NCBI GenBank assembly: GCA_022703425.1 | Contig: JAKLDQ010000003.1 | Coordinates: forward strand, 1,729 to 65,728 | Direction: 5' to 3' | Origin: Patescibacteria group bacterium | GTDB lineage: Bacteria > Patescibacteriota > Minisyncoccia > Minisyncoccales > Staskawiczbacteraceae | Length of the DNA stretch: 64,000 bases | Shown here: in pieces, positions 26,485-36,738 of the stretch | Numbering within the stretch: the stretch's first letter is position 1 | Layout: the number at the start of each line of letters is the position of its first letter | Notes under the pieces: model-generated | Told to the model about the DNA's origin: nothing | Database searches by the model: none | What the model saw: the letters and a program-made list of their open reading frames with translations, nothing else | Position numbers and translations under genes: made by a program

Positions 26485-26790
26485 TTAGCCGTTTTCAGCA
26501 AAGTCTGACCAAAGCTTATTTGTTTTTTTCATCAGCTGATCTACGCTCTCTTCTTTTAAATTATTCATTTTGCAAAACTGCTGGGCTGCCTTTTCCATCA
26601 TACCCTTATACATTCCCTCCTCCATTTTGATCTTTGGGGCAATATAATCGTATACCCCCATCGCCATGTCTTTTGCCTTCTTTTGTGTCTGCTTGCCTGC
26701 TTCAGTCTCTAAAAACTTTTTTACGGCAATAGTTGTACCGATTCCCAGGGCCATTCCGCCTAAGAACTTCGCCATTTCTCTATTCATCAT
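26485..26790 (-). CDS. YtxH-like small protein
   Basis: 101 aa with a glycine-zipper-like N-terminal helix (FLGGMALGIGTTIAV) followed by a charged helical region. Confidence 0.45.
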   Translation of the reverse strand: MMNREMAKFLGGMALGIGTTIAVKKFLETEAGKQTQKKAKDMAMGVYDYIAPKIKMEEGMYKGMMEKAAQQFCKMNNLKEESVDQLMKKTNKLWSDFAENG

Positions 26791-26828
26791 AATATTTAAA
26801 AATTAATAATTTTTTACGACCTTTAGGG

Positions 26829-27062
26829 TTAAGTTCGCCTGAACCTGTTAATTATACGGCCAAAAAGTTTTGTAAAATTTAAGCTGTCAGCGATATTTTC
26901 AAAGGTTTTCTCTGCCCGCTTAAGGTTTTCAACCAGCACGGAAGTAATTTTTATTAATGCAAAAATCAATACAACAATCAGCGCCAGCAAAACCAGAAAA
27001 GCTGCGGATGCAGAGTAGAAAAAAACAATCTGTGATATTGCTAAAGCAGTTTGGATATCCAT
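26829..27062 (-). CDS. small membrane protein (DUF948-like)
   Basis: 77 aa with an N-terminal TM helix and a short helical tail. Adjacent to the YtxH-like gene, as in ytxG/ytxH pairs. Confidence 0.4.
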   Translation of the reverse strand: MDIQTALAISQIVFFYSASAAFLVLLALIVVLIFALIKITSVLVENLKRAEKTFENIADSLNFTKLFGRIINRFRRT

Positions 27063-27146
27063 ACATAAATAATCACAGGTTCTGAATTAAAAAAAGGTTA
27101 ACTAAAAAACCGCACTATTAATACGGCTTTTTATAAAATTGATTTT

Positions 27147-27587
27147 TTAATTTATTCCCATCAGCTCAACATCGAATATCAATGTCGAATTTGGCGGGAT
27201 TACCGGAGGATAACCGCCTGCTCCGTATCCAAGCTCAGAAGGAATTGTAAGCTTTCTCTTCTCACCCACTTTCATTCCTGCAACTCCCAGATCCCAGCCT
27301 TTAATTACCTGGCCGGTGCCGAGCTGAAATGAAAACGGCTGTCCCCTGTCGATGCTTGAATCAAATTTCGTTCCGTTTTCAAGAGTGCCTGTATAGTGCA
27401 CGCTTACTGTGTCGCCTGCCTTTGCTTCTTTGCCTGCCCCCTCATTTAATATTTCTATTTTCATTCCCTGTATGTTAATTATATTTTGTTTGTTTTGTCC
27501 GGAATTTGCGGGTTTCTGCAGAAAAAACAAAATCCCTGCAATTACCGCTAAAACTGTCAATATTAAAACTATGGTTATTTTTTTCAT
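27147..27587 (-). CDS. FKBP-type peptidyl-prolyl cis-trans isomerase, membrane/secreted
   Basis: [35 protein letters not shown]...LIFDVEL is the canonical FKBP domain, preceded by a signal/anchor helix. Confidence 0.92.
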   Translation of the reverse strand: MKKITIVLILTVLAVIAGILFFLQKPANSGQNKQNIINIQGMKIEILNEGAGKEAKAGDTVSVHYTGTLENGTKFDSSIDRGQPFSFQLGTGQVIKGWDLGVAGMKVGEKRKLTIPSELGYGAGGYPPVIPPNSTLIFDVELMGIN

Positions 27588-27593
27588 GCCCTT

Positions 27594-27938
27594 TTATTTA
27601 ATAATATTTCCCGGAGGAATCTCTCTGTCCGGGTGCAAAAGCGCCGGTTTGCCGTCGGCATCGGACGGACAGAGGATCATTCCCTGGCTTTCGAGCCCTT
27701 TTAATGACTTTGGCTCAAGATTATATGCAAAGGGACATTGCTTGCCTACAAGCGACTCGGGTTCATAAACCTTTCCTATCCCTGCAATTATCTGCCTGAT
27801 TATTCTGCCTTCGTTTTCCTCACCGAAACTCACTTCCATTTTTAAAAGCTTGTCTGAACCTTCTACTCGCTCAGCCTTCTCAATTCTTCCGATTCGTATT
27901 TCCAATTTTTTAAAATCGTCAAAATTTATTGTTTCCAT
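27594..27938 (-). CDS. tRNA-binding domain protein (CsaA/EMAP-II-like)
   Basis: F.KLEIRIGRI..AERVEGSDKLLKMEVSFGEE...GMIL matches the OB-fold tRNA-binding domain. Confidence 0.85.
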   Translation of the reverse strand: METINFDDFKKLEIRIGRIEKAERVEGSDKLLKMEVSFGEENEGRIIRQIIAGIGKVYEPESLVGKQCPFAYNLEPKSLKGLESQGMILCPSDADGKPALLHPDREIPPGNIIK

Positions 27939-28001
27939 GTTATATGAATTAATAATCTCATTTTTTTAGGAAAATAAAAAGGGCGGGGAAAGCCCTTACT
28001 T

Positions 28002-28310
28002 CTATGCAAAAAAGAAAAACCAAAAAATCAGAATTGGTGCAACGAGTGCGGCGCTTGACCAAAAACAGCTTATTGTCTTCAGTTTTTCCCGGCGCCGGAA
28101 AATTTTTTTGCATTTACAGTAAAGCAGATAGAAATACAGCAGCACGTAAAGAATAACGCAGGCGCAGGCAGTTTTTTTGAGGTCCCAGAAATCTTCGCAA
28201 TCATATGTTTTCAGGCTGAAGAGAGTCAGCCAGAGAAAAACAGAAAAAATGACGCTGTATAAGAAGTTGTAAATTGCTTCTTCGATGATGATCCGCGTTG
28301 CAAGTCTCAT
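28002..28310 (-). CDS. hypothetical membrane protein
   Basis: ATG 28310 preceded by AAAGGAGCAACC. Three hydrophobic helices. Confidence 0.45.
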   Translation of the reverse strand: MRLATRIIIEEAIYNFLYSVIFSVFLWLTLFSLKTYDCEDFWDLKKTACACVILYVLLYFYLLYCKCKKIFRRREKLKTISCFWSSAALVAPILIFWFFFFA

Positions 28311-28409
28311 GGTTGCTCCTTTTTGCGGAGAAAATATATAAAGTGCTTTTTTACAAATAACATTTTTTATGATTTCAGTCAACAAAAAAGCCCGTTACCG
28401 GGCTTTTAG

Positions 28410-29345
28410 TTAGCTTGCAAAAAGACGATTTTTAAAGCGGGTTTTCAGATAGTCTGCAAATCCTGCAATGCTTCCCGAGAAATATAAATATATAAGCAGA
28501 ATTAAAATGAAAAGCGGAATTATAAAATAATCTGTAAAAATATTATTGCTGATGCCTGTATCTATTTCTGTCGGACCGACAAAATACGCTGCCTGGTCGG
28601 GCGGTAGAAACATATCTTCCCCCGCCTCAAACGTTCCTCCAAAGTCAATTCCAGCGGTAAAAAATTCGACATCCCGGCCATAAATAATATTTCCTGCGCT
28701 GTCCTGTCCAACCGCGCGATAGTGGTATTCTGTTCCCGGGAGCAGGCCAAAAACATGCTCATTAAAAAATCCTTCATCGTTCATCGGCGCCCGGAGAGTC
28801 GAAAAATTATAATTAATCGGATCTGTTCCCCACTCAAACCAAACAAGATTTTCATCCGGTCCGAGCTCTAAAACGCTTCCGTTAAGTATGGCGTCTATTG
28901 CAGAAACTTCGCTGGCAGGAAGTGATTCGACACGCAAATATCCGGAATCCTCCTGCGCCATTGCCAGATAGTCGGAGCTTTCGGATATTGTTGTAAAAAC
29001 CTGGTCCTGGCCGTAAAAGATTCCGTTATCTGTCTCAACAACGGCCCTGTAATGATAATCTTTGCCCGGCTGGAGCCCGATGGTATTTTCGTATTGCGCG
29101 CAGGGCCCGGAAATGGTTTCTTCAAGCGATGAATTTCCGTACTGGCTGGTCGGTCCCCATTCAAACCAAAACATTGCCTGGTCATTATCTCCCATATCTG
29201 AAACGAAACCATTCAATATTGCCGAGCCGTCGGTAATGTCTGAAGCTTCACCCGTGAATAAAACAACCTCGGACGCAAGAATCACTGCAACCGGCAGAAA
29301 TAAAAATCCGAGCAACGCCGCAAAAAATAACTTTCTTCTCTTCAT
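28410..29345 (-). CDS. secreted repeat protein (two FN3-like modules) with C-terminal sorting-like module
   Basis: Signal peptide from MKRRKLFFAALLGFLFL. Two modules end in Y-H-Y-R-A-V...YG.D..F.T. The C-terminus TEIDTGISNNIFTDYFIIPLFILILL... resembles that of the giant protein at 44 kb. Confidence 0.65.
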   Translation of the reverse strand: MKRRKLFFAALLGFLFLPVAVILASEVVLFTGEASDITDGSAILNGFVSDMGDNDQAMFWFEWGPTSQYGNSSLEETISGPCAQYENTIGLQPGKDYHYRAVVETDNGIFYGQDQVFTTISESSDYLAMAQEDSGYLRVESLPASEVSAIDAILNGSVLELGPDENLVWFEWGTDPINYNFSTLRAPMNDEGFFNEHVFGLLPGTEYHYRAVGQDSAGNIIYGRDVEFFTAGIDFGGTFEAGEDMFLPPDQAAYFVGPTEIDTGISNNIFTDYFIIPLFILILLIYLYFSGSIAGFADYLKTRFKNRLFAS

Positions 29346-29497
29346 AGTTTTGATTCCATTGGGAATCTGTTTAAGAATTATCCGGCGATAAAAAAACGCC
29401 TGTGATTTCAGACGTAACAGGAATTCAATTAAAATAACATTAAGCCGTAAATTCTGCAATCACGGCGCGGATTTCCCAGCGCCGTGATTTGAATTGC

Positions 29498-30289
29498 CTA
29501 ATTTTGCGGAGCGGTGCTTTGGCCGTTCCCCTGTGGCTGGACCTTGATTTCACTTCTGGCCTTTAGCGCTTTCAAGATTTCTCCGGCTGCATTTCTTGCA
29601 GAGCGCAGGTCTGCGTCTGCTTCCTTAATTTTTGCCCGTGCACTTTTTAAAGCGGCATTATTGGCCTTAAGAATCGTTTGGTTTCCTCCGTCGGGCTTTA
29701 ATCCTATTATTATTTCAACTGCGCTTTGCGCTTTTGTTTTTGCATCGGAAATCTTTGTGTCAAAAATCGTAAGATTTTCCTGGGCGGAGGATTTTATTTC
29801 ATCATCTGTTATGGCGTTGATTCTCGTATAAAGCTTTTCGGAAATTTTTTCCATCGCTTCAGCAATCGAAAGCGCTCTGTCAGAAAACGAAATAATTGCC
29901 GCCTGGGGCATTATGAGCAAATAAATTCTCGAAGATTTTGGTATTTCAAGCGCGTCCTTTTTTAGCGTGGCAAGATCGGTATCGGCAATGATTTTTGTCC
30001 TTAAGGCATCAAGCGTGCCGGCCAGTGACTGGAGCTCCTGCTGTATGGCTCCCTTTTGCGCACCGGATATCTTTTTAAGCAAATTTATCCTAACCAAAAA
30101 CTCGTTTATTTTGTTTAATTTCTGGGCGATTTCAGTTTCTGATTTCTGCTTTAATATTTCGAGTGCGGAGGTTTGCGGATTCTGGCTTGTTACAGGCGTG
30201 TCACCCACATTCGTCTGCGCAATGGCGGCAGCAGCGGATGCCAAAATTGCAAAAACCAGAAAAAGAGAAAAAATATTTTTTACATTCAT
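29498..30289 (-). CDS. secreted coiled-coil protein, hypothetical
   Basis: Signal peptide (LFLVFAILASAAAAIA) followed by Ala/Lys/Glu/Ile-rich helical sequence. Confidence 0.55.
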   Translation of the reverse strand: MNVKNIFSLFLVFAILASAAAAIAQTNVGDTPVTSQNPQTSALEILKQKSETEIAQKLNKINEFLVRINLLKKISGAQKGAIQQELQSLAGTLDALRTKIIADTDLATLKKDALEIPKSSRIYLLIMPQAAIISFSDRALSIAEAMEKISEKLYTRINAITDDEIKSSAQENLTIFDTKISDAKTKAQSAVEIIIGLKPDGGNQTILKANNAALKSARAKIKEADADLRSARNAAGEILKALKARSEIKVQPQGNGQSTAPQN

Positions 30290-30304
30290 AAATTTGCAAT
30301 TAGA

Positions 30305-30598
30305 TTATTGGGCCGACATCTGTTGGTCTATGCTGTCAGAGTCTTTTTTTAGTTCAGAAAGCTCCCTGTCCAGAATCGACACATCTGTTTCCAATGCACC
30401 GTCGGTATTATCGCTGTCGTCAGTTGTCAAAAGCAAAGTTGTGCTTTTTGGCAAAGGCGGCTGTTCCTGTTGTTGTGATGCCGTATCCACCTCGACGGGC
30501 ATTTCTGTAGTTGAGGCATACTGCCACCACATTGCCCCGCCGGTAACAACGGCAACAACGGCTATTAATGTTCCGACAACTATTAAACTTTTTGGCAT
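30305..30598 (-). CDS. small membrane-anchored acidic protein, hypothetical
   Basis: 97 aa with an N-terminal TM helix and an acidic Ser/Asp-rich tail. Confidence 0.45.
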   Translation of the reverse strand: MPKSLIVVGTLIAVVAVVTGGAMWWQYASTTEMPVEVDTASQQQEQPPLPKSTTLLLTTDDSDNTDGALETDVSILDRELSELKKDSDSIDQQMSAQ

Positions 30599-31048
30599 AT
30601 CTTTAAAAATTTTTAACGCGACCTTTTGTTTATATAAAATTCCAGCTTCCGTCGTTTATTAAATTTTCTCCGTTCTTTTGCTTTTTAAAATCCTTTTTTG
30701 TACTATACTTTGTCACAGTCAGTCCATTTCTCGGAATCGCAAAATCAAGGTGTTGTTCGGATTCATTTTCTCCGCGGGTTTTTTTAGGTTTAAAAAATCA
30801 AGCATCATTTTTTCTGCGTTTCTCCCGCGAATTTCGTTTTTTTCCTGCTCTGAATTTTGAATTGTTTCTTCGGACGCTGAGTTACCGCCCGAAAAACTTT
30901 CGGGGTTGTGCATGGCTTTAAAAATATGTGTTATGTTTATCTATTTTGCCAATTTAAATTTTAAATTGCAAATATTTTTTTCCCAATCAAAAAACCGTCC
31001 TGCAAAAGGAGGTTTTTTGAAAAGGTTTTACAAATATCTTTTTTGTAT

Positions 31049-31819
31049 TTACGTCGGCCTTCTTTTTGAAAGCCAGCTTATGAGGTAAATTACCAAACCG
31101 ATGATTATAATCCAGATAATTAAGCCCCATGCAATGCTTCCTGTTCCCCATGTCAGCCATCCTGGCGCTGCGGGAGCTCCGCCGTCTCCGCCATTTACTG
31201 TAACTGTATACGTATCGGATGTGCCGTCTTCAGCTGTGACCGTATATTCAACGGGTGTGCTGAAATCCTGCGGTTCTCCGGATGCGGGCACAACAGTTGA
31301 TCCTTGGGTAGTTTCTATCGTTGGTGTAAGATTTGTGACGTCTGTGCCGGCGGGAACGTCAACGGTTATTCGTTTTCCGGTCTGGTCAATATTTCCCTGA
31401 GAGGGCGGGTTTGTTTGGTCGAATGTGAATGAGGTTATATTTTTTTCGCTTGACCCTGTTTTGATCGTTGCCGTATATCTTTGAGTTGAACCGTCCTGCG
31501 CGCGGACCGTATATGTAACCGGATTTGTAAAATCCTGAGCAACTTCAGAGGCCGGAGTTACCGTTGCGCCCTCCGAGACTGAAATTGTAGGAGTTAAATT
31601 TGTTAAATCTGTTCCAGTGGGGACAAAAGCGGTAATTGTTTTGCTTGTCTCGTCTATTGTTGCATTAACGGGCGGACTCAACTCATCAAGAGTGAACGAA
31701 GTTATGGTTTTTTCATTGGAATTCTGCGTTTGCCCAGAAACTGTTGAAACGTTTGCGATTGCCAAAATCATCAGTCCTGCAACTGCCAAATAAAGAGAAT
31801 TTTTTATAAATTTTTTCAT
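31049..31819 (-). CDS. cell-surface protein with two Ig-like repeats and a C-terminal TM anchor
   Basis: Signal peptide. Two ~95-aa repeats (ITSFT.D...GTD.TNLTPTI...QDF..PV.YTV.A.DG....YT.T.). C-terminal WGLIIWIIIIGLVIYLISWL-KRR. Confidence 0.6.
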   Translation of the reverse strand: MKKFIKNSLYLAVAGLMILAIANVSTVSGQTQNSNEKTITSFTLDELSPPVNATIDETSKTITAFVPTGTDLTNLTPTISVSEGATVTPASEVAQDFTNPVTYTVRAQDGSTQRYTATIKTGSSEKNITSFTFDQTNPPSQGNIDQTGKRITVDVPAGTDVTNLTPTIETTQGSTVVPASGEPQDFSTPVEYTVTAEDGTSDTYTVTVNGGDGGAPAAPGWLTWGTGSIAWGLIIWIIIIGLVIYLISWLSKRRPT

Positions 31820-31918
31820 AAATTTGCTCTAAATTACTCGCAATCGACCTTTCAACATAAATATTACGACCCGAAATATTAAAATTATGTGAAATCCCAG
31901 CGTTCAACGGCAAATTCT

Positions 31919-31944
31919 AAACGGCTCAACGGCGGTTGAGCCGT
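31919..31944. terminator. hairpin AACGGCTCAAC-GGCG-GTTGAGCCGTT (hairpin family)
   Basis: Shares outer arms with the hairpins at 7839, 26445 and 58039. Lies downstream of rnhA, 13-mer copy 5 and a first terminator (CCGGTACGGACAGCCGG-T6, ~31960-31985). Confidence 0.6.
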
Positions 31945-31989
31945 TTAATTTAAAGCAAAAAACCGGCTGTCCGTACCGGTTTGGCATTT

Positions 31990-32002
31990 TGTCGCACAAT
32001 AA
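31990..32002 (-). repeat. 13-mer TTATTGTGCGACA, copy 5
   Basis: Exact copy 3 nt after the rnhA stop (32006-32008), same polarity, followed by a terminator hairpin. Confidence 0.9.
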
Positions 32003-32005
32003 AGA

Positions 32006-32608
32006 TTATCTGTGAAATCCCAGATCGGCAGGATTCTGTCCTCCCGAAATCAATTCAACTTTTCCTCCCTCAATTTCGAATTTTTTGCGCAGATCCTTGA
32101 CTTTCATTGATAAACTTACTGTCTCAGACGGCAGATTTTCCTTCTTAATATATCCTTTTGACCAAAAATCAATCACCAGCTTGCTGTCGCCAAAAATATT
32201 TTTAATCCCCTCACCCATCGCAATTTCCAGGGCGTACTTGCATGCAAGTAATTCGCCATAGTTATTGGTGTTCTCCCGTCCCAAAAGATGAAAACCGCGC
32301 GCGTTTATATCGTTTTTGTCCAGCACTTTATGAAGAAGGCTTTTCCCATCCTCATCTGTTACGCTGATTTCGACGCCTTCGCCTGCCCCCGTACCCGCGT
32401 CAAAATAGATGCCCTTTTCAAGCGCGACATGTTTTACCTTATAATCCGCTCCTTTTTCGAGCCATTCCTTCGCCTCTTTTTCACTCTCAAAGCCCTTATA
32501 GCGGGCTCCAGGCACGCCAGAAACGGCTTTTTCGCACTCAGCCCAGCTTGTGGCGATTCCCTGTCCTTTTTGCGTGGAATAGGCGTAAAATTTCTGTTTT
32601 TTTGCCAT
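32006..32608 (-). CDS. rnhA: ribonuclease HI with N-terminal hybrid-binding (RNase H1 N-terminal) domain
   Basis: KFYAY..G...GI..SWAECEKAV.G..GARYKGF.S..EA..W N-terminal domain. The RNase H core has DAG / GELLA / GDSKLV / NPAD acidic residues. Confidence 0.82.
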   Translation of the reverse strand: MAKKQKFYAYSTQKGQGIATSWAECEKAVSGVPGARYKGFESEKEAKEWLEKGADYKVKHVALEKGIYFDAGTGAGEGVEISVTDEDGKSLLHKVLDKNDINARGFHLLGRENTNNYGELLACKYALEIAMGEGIKNIFGDSKLVIDFWSKGYIKKENLPSETVSLSMKVKDLRKKFEIEGGKVELISGGQNPADLGFHR

Positions 32609-32746
32609 ATCAAAAAAGCCCTTCCGGGCGATTTGAACGAAATTTATCTTCTTTTTTGTACTACGCGAGACTTTCTTTTCTTTCTGAGTTTTCTCGCTGC
32701 TCTTTTTCTATTTGCCCAAGTCATTGATTTTATTTTTAATAATATG

Positions 32747-32817
32747 TTCCGGGACTTGGATTCGAACCAAGATACTGGCCTCCAAAGGGCCATGTCCTAC
32801 CATTAGACGATCCCGGA
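32747..32817 (-). tRNA. tRNA-Gln (anticodon UUG)
   Basis: Hand-folded: U1:A72 acceptor TCCGGGA/TCCCGGA, anticodon stem TGGCC/GGCCA with loop CUUUGGA, T arm CTTGG-TTCGAAT-CCAAG. Confidence 0.88.
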
Positions 32818-32890
32818 ATTTACCTGATTATACAATTTTACAGCGATTTTTTCAATACAAAACCGGCCCCCTGTATGGCCGGTTTTTTTG

Positions 32891-34741
32891 TTATTTACAA
32901 ACGGTATACGTATTAATGCATTTTGTGACACCTGTTCCGTTCTTGCCTGCGCACATATATGTGCCGTCGGGAAGCTGGGTTGAAACGCAGAAGTTTTGCA
33001 CTCCTGCAAAACATGCCGGCTTGCCTCCTCCGCTGCTGATAATATCTGAATTAAATGCCAGCAGCGAATTTCCGTGATTTTCGAGATATCCGTTCAGCAG
33101 ACCTCGGTTGCACAGTTTGGAATAGCTTTTATTTGCATCGTACGTGTCGCCTGCCACTGAAGCGATCTGCCAAAGGCTTTTTCTTATTTTTTCTTTTTGT
33201 AAAATCGGCAGAATAACAAATTCGATTTTTTGAGAATCAATCGGTTCCTCGATTATAACTGGAGTATTAAAGTTAGAATTGTCCGCTTTTATATAAACAG
33301 ACACTTCTTTTTCAGGAATTCCGATGGCGAAGACTTTTTCAAACCTCAGACTGTAAAGCATATTGTCTTTTTTACCTATCCAAACATCAAAATTTAAGTC
33401 TCCCATTTGCTCCAAAATGCCGTTTATGATCTCTGATGCAAAAGACGCTGCCATCGCGTTTTCCTGTGCGGCCATGCTGTCGGAAATAAATTTTTTAACA
33501 TTATCTTTGTCGACTTTCAAAATATAATGATAAGCGTCGACGTTATTGATTTTTTCATCGGGCAGCTTTTTGTCAAATACCAAAAACGGTCTTAGAAACT
33601 GCAGATTTCCCGCCTTGTTAATCTGTTCTGAAGCGGGCAAACTAATATTTTCTGCCTCTGAAAGAAATCTTGCGGATTCCTCGTCAATTTTTAGCCACCT
33701 GCCCTGAATCCCGGATAGATCAGAAAATATTTCCGGCGCATTGGGCACAAAAAGATTATTTATCTTAGCGTAAAAATTTTTGTTTGCTGTTATTAGATTT
33801 ATATTGGCGATTGCTGTATTTTGCGGTACTCCCGACATAGAAGACTCAGCCAAGAGATCAAATGTGATATTTGCTTTGGGGTTGTTTTTATCAGTTGTGC
33901 CGTTTTGACTGTCAATTGCAATAGAGGCTGTGCCCTCGGGAGCTGAGAAAGACATATTCAGTTTTGTGCTGTACGATGCAGCTGACATTTTCTCAAACAT
34001 CGTATCAATTACCGCCTCGGGGGATTTGCCGAAAAAATCCCATGCTAAAATTGCATTCAAATCAAAAGTATTTGTGACAACCAGAACTCCGGCGGCTCCC
34101 AAGAAAATCACAAAAATCAGGGATATAATAACAATTGCGGCAAAAAACCCGCCCTTTTTTCTTGCGCGTGGCTGGAAATAATCTTTTTGCATTATCGATT
34201 CGGTTTTTGGAGCAGATTGGATATTTGGCGAAAAAGAGGGTTTCTCAAATGGTTTTTGAGGTTCTGCATCGGCGGATCTTTTTATTTCAACCCGTTGCTG
34301 CTGAAAATTCGGCTGAGCTGGTCCTTGTTGCGCGGGCCTCCGTTCAGCTTGCTGAAACGGCTGCTTTTCAAAATTTGGCCTTGGCTGTTGTTGCGAAGGC
34401 TGTTGAGAAAACTGCCTTTCAGGTTGAAACTGCTTTTCAAATGCCGGTTTTGTATTTTGCTGAAGGTTTTGTTTCTGGACCTGTTCGTGCGTATTTAAAT
34501 TTGTTTCCAATGGACGGCTTTGCTGTGACGATTGCGGTTTTGGGGAAAATTCCTGCGGTTTTGCCGAGCTATCTTGAACGGGCGGAACTGATTGCGGAGC
34601 CTTGCCTGAAACTGCGTCAAAATTTTCCTGGACTTCTTTCTCCGTCCACCCCGCATCAAGCAAAACTTTTCTTATTTGTTCGTCTGTCTGGCCAAGCGAA
34701 CGGACCTTTTTTATAAATTCGATTGCTTTTGGATCAGCCAT
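32891..34741 (-). CDS. hypothetical membrane protein with Gln/Pro-rich low-complexity linker
   Basis: Small N-terminal helical domain, about 150 aa of Q/P-rich repeats, one TM helix, a large extracytoplasmic domain and a Cys-containing C-terminus. Start set at MADPKAIEF. Confidence 0.6.
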   Translation of the reverse strand: MADPKAIEFIKKVRSLGQTDEQIRKVLLDAGWTEKEVQENFDAVSGKAPQSVPPVQDSSAKPQEFSPKPQSSQQSRPLETNLNTHEQVQKQNLQQNTKPAFEKQFQPERQFSQQPSQQQPRPNFEKQPFQQAERRPAQQGPAQPNFQQQRVEIKRSADAEPQKPFEKPSFSPNIQSAPKTESIMQKDYFQPRARKKGGFFAAIVIISLIFVIFLGAAGVLVVTNTFDLNAILAWDFFGKSPEAVIDTMFEKMSAASYSTKLNMSFSAPEGTASIAIDSQNGTTDKNNPKANITFDLLAESSMSGVPQNTAIANINLITANKNFYAKINNLFVPNAPEIFSDLSGIQGRWLKIDEESARFLSEAENISLPASEQINKAGNLQFLRPFLVFDKKLPDEKINNVDAYHYILKVDKDNVKKFISDSMAAQENAMAASFASEIINGILEQMGDLNFDVWIGKKDNMLYSLRFEKVFAIGIPEKEVSVYIKADNSNFNTPVIIEEPIDSQKIEFVILPILQKEKIRKSLWQIASVAGDTYDANKSYSKLCNRGLLNGYLENHGNSLLAFNSDIISSGGGKPACFAGVQNFCVSTQLPDGTYMCAGKNGTGVTKCINTYTVCK

Positions 34742-34906
34742 AATAACAACCAAGCGTAATGAAACAATTTACTTTTGTATAAATATTTCATAGGCGAGGC
34801 AAAAAATTGTGAGTATTATTAATTATACCACTTTTTAAATTGCAACAGGAAATGTCAAGGTGTGAAAATCTTTTGCATTAAAAAGCCGCCCTTCCGGGCG
34901 GTTTTT

Positions 34907-36034
34907 TTAGGATTGCTGATATGTTATGTTGACAACCGCAAGCTCAAGCGGAAGCTGGCTTATTGTGGCATATTTTATCCTGTTCTCTGCATCAATAAAC
35001 ATTTCAATCAATTTGTGAATATCCACCTCTGAAAATCCAGCCGTTTGAGCCTTCATTTTATCAATTTCATCCCGCGAAAACCCCGAGTTTTGCAGATTTA
35101 AATACACAGGATTAATCTTCAGAAGCAGCGATTGCCTCAGATAAAAAACCAAAGTTTTTGTGAATTCCTGCAGATCGACGCCGGAATCTACAAGCGTACC
35201 TATAAAGGTTATGGCGTCTTTTGTATTTTTTTGCACAAGATAATCCACAAATTGGGCCACCTGCCCTACTTCAACGATTCCAAGCAACTCTTTAATGCTT
35301 TCGGTTTTTATCGTGCCAATATTTCCAGAAAAACTTATGCATTCGTCAAGCAAAGATTCTGCATCGCGGAAAGATCCGCGCGAATTTAATGCGATTAAAG
35401 ACAATGCTGATGGCTCAAACTGGATTTTTTCTTTTTTGGAAATGTATTCAAGCTTTTTTACGATTTCTGGCACTTGCAACTTCTTAAAATCAAATCTCTG
35501 GCACCTTGATGTGATTGTTGCAATCATTTTGTGAGCTTCGGTTGTCGCCAGAAGAAAAATTGCATGAGCCGGCGGTTCTTCAAGCGTTTTTAGCAACGCG
35601 TTTGCTGCGGACTTTGAAAGCTGGTGGCATTCATCAATTATAAAAACCTTATATTTTGATTTTACCGGAGCAAACTTGATTCCCTCTATCAATTCTCTTA
35701 CATTATCAACTCCCGTATTTGAGGCCGCATCGATTTCTATTATATCCATTGACCTTGACTGCATTATTTCTGTGCATGAGGAGCATTTGTTGCAGGGCTC
35801 GAAACTTGTCACTGTTTGCTGGTTACCAGTTGCTGGTTTTTCACAGTTAATTGCTTTTGCAAAAAGCCGGGCAATCGTCGTTTTTCCCGATCCCCTTGGA
35901 CCGGAAAACAAATATGCATGCGAAATTGAATTGTGTGCGATTGAGTTTACAAGCGTTTTTACCACATGCTCCTGCCCCACTACCTCGCCAAATGTTTGTG
36001 GCCGATATTTTCTATATAAAACTAAATTAGACAT
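34907..36034 (-). CDS. dnaX: DNA polymerase III subunit gamma/tau (short form)
   Basis: YRPQTF.EVVGQEHV, GPRGSGKTT (Walker A), zinc module C..C..C, IIDECHQLS and SRCQRF. Confidence 0.92.
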   Translation of the reverse strand: MSNLVLYRKYRPQTFGEVVGQEHVVKTLVNSIAHNSISHAYLFSGPRGSGKTTIARLFAKAINCEKPATGNQQTVTSFEPCNKCSSCTEIMQSRSMDIIEIDAASNTGVDNVRELIEGIKFAPVKSKYKVFIIDECHQLSKSAANALLKTLEEPPAHAIFLLATTEAHKMIATITSRCQRFDFKKLQVPEIVKKLEYISKKEKIQFEPSALSLIALNSRGSFRDAESLLDECISFSGNIGTIKTESIKELLGIVEVGQVAQFVDYLVQKNTKDAITFIGTLVDSGVDLQEFTKTLVFYLRQSLLLKINPVYLNLQNSGFSRDEIDKMKAQTAGFSEVDIHKLIEMFIDAENRIKYATISQLPLELAVVNITYQQS

Positions 36035-36037
36035 ACG

Positions 36038-36050
36038 TGTCGCACAATAA
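36038..36050 (-). repeat. 13-mer TTATTGTGCGACA, copy 6
   Basis: Exact copy 1 nt after the gtrA-like stop (36052-36054) and 3 nt before the dnaX ATG (36034). Confidence 0.9.
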
Positions 36051-36051
36051 G

Positions 36052-36648
36052 TTATTTTTTGAAAACGAAAAATTTATATCCTGCAAAGTTCCAGACGGCG
36101 GCAGCAAGAGCGGCAAAGATTATGCTTAAATCCCTCCAGACAACAACAGGAATATTATACTGCGGTCCCAAAATGGCGGTGAAATAGTAAAAAGCGGACA
36201 AATCGATGGCCAGTCCGACCAGCGTCACGGCAAAAAATTGGATAATTTCTCTTATGATTCCGTCTGTTTCCAATTTTAGAAACGCCCAATGCTTATTCCC
36301 CCAATATTTTACCAAAGTTGCCATTAAAAAGGAAATCGTTTTTGCAATCAGCGGCAGAGTAAGCGCAAATATTCCAAAAATTAATGTCGAAAGCTGAAAA
36401 ATCTTAATATCAACAACAGCAGAAAATGCGCCAATCAAAAAATATTTTCCGGCCTGGAATATAAAAATAAACTTTTTACCGAGCAGATAAGTTATCCACA
36501 ACCCAAAAAGCGCTGTTATCGGCAGAATCCAATGAATGAACCATATCCACCACCCTATTTCCAGCTCCATGCCTCTCAAAATATCTCCTGCGATCCACGC
36601 CACCGCCCATCCGCAAATTAACGCAAAAATTACGTCTACAATTTTCAT
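36052..36648 (-). CDS. GtrA-family membrane protein
   Basis: KYFLIGAFSAVVD...KYWGNKHWAF...VWNFAGYKFFVFK matches the GtrA-like domain, with two extra N-terminal TM helices. Confidence 0.8.
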   Translation of the reverse strand: MKIVDVIFALICGWAVAWIAGDILRGMELEIGWWIWFIHWILPITALFGLWITYLLGKKFIFIFQAGKYFLIGAFSAVVDIKIFQLSTLIFGIFALTLPLIAKTISFLMATLVKYWGNKHWAFLKLETDGIIREIIQFFAVTLVGLAIDLSAFYYFTAILGPQYNIPVVVWRDLSIIFAALAAAVWNFAGYKFFVFKK

Positions 36649-36738
36649 GTAAATTACCTTAACATATCACAAAGGATGCAAATTTTAAAGTGTGGACTAA
36701 AACGAAAAAAAAACTTAGAATGGAATAATTTAAATCTT

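Noticed and set aside
30719-30913. 64-aa minus-strand ORF between two secreted-protein genes
   Set aside because: It has no clear SD and a low-complexity acidic/basic composition. It may be real, but the sequence alone does not support it.
4494-36050. The 13-mer as a promoter element or as a dif/Xer site
   Set aside because: GCGACA or TTGTCG could mimic a -35 box, but a -10 at the right spacing exists only at copies 1, 2 and (with an 18-nt spacer) 3. One copy lies 3 nt before an ATG and two are inside genes. The 13-mer resembles a XerC arm (GGTGCGCATAA), but no partner arm lies 6 nt away at any copy.
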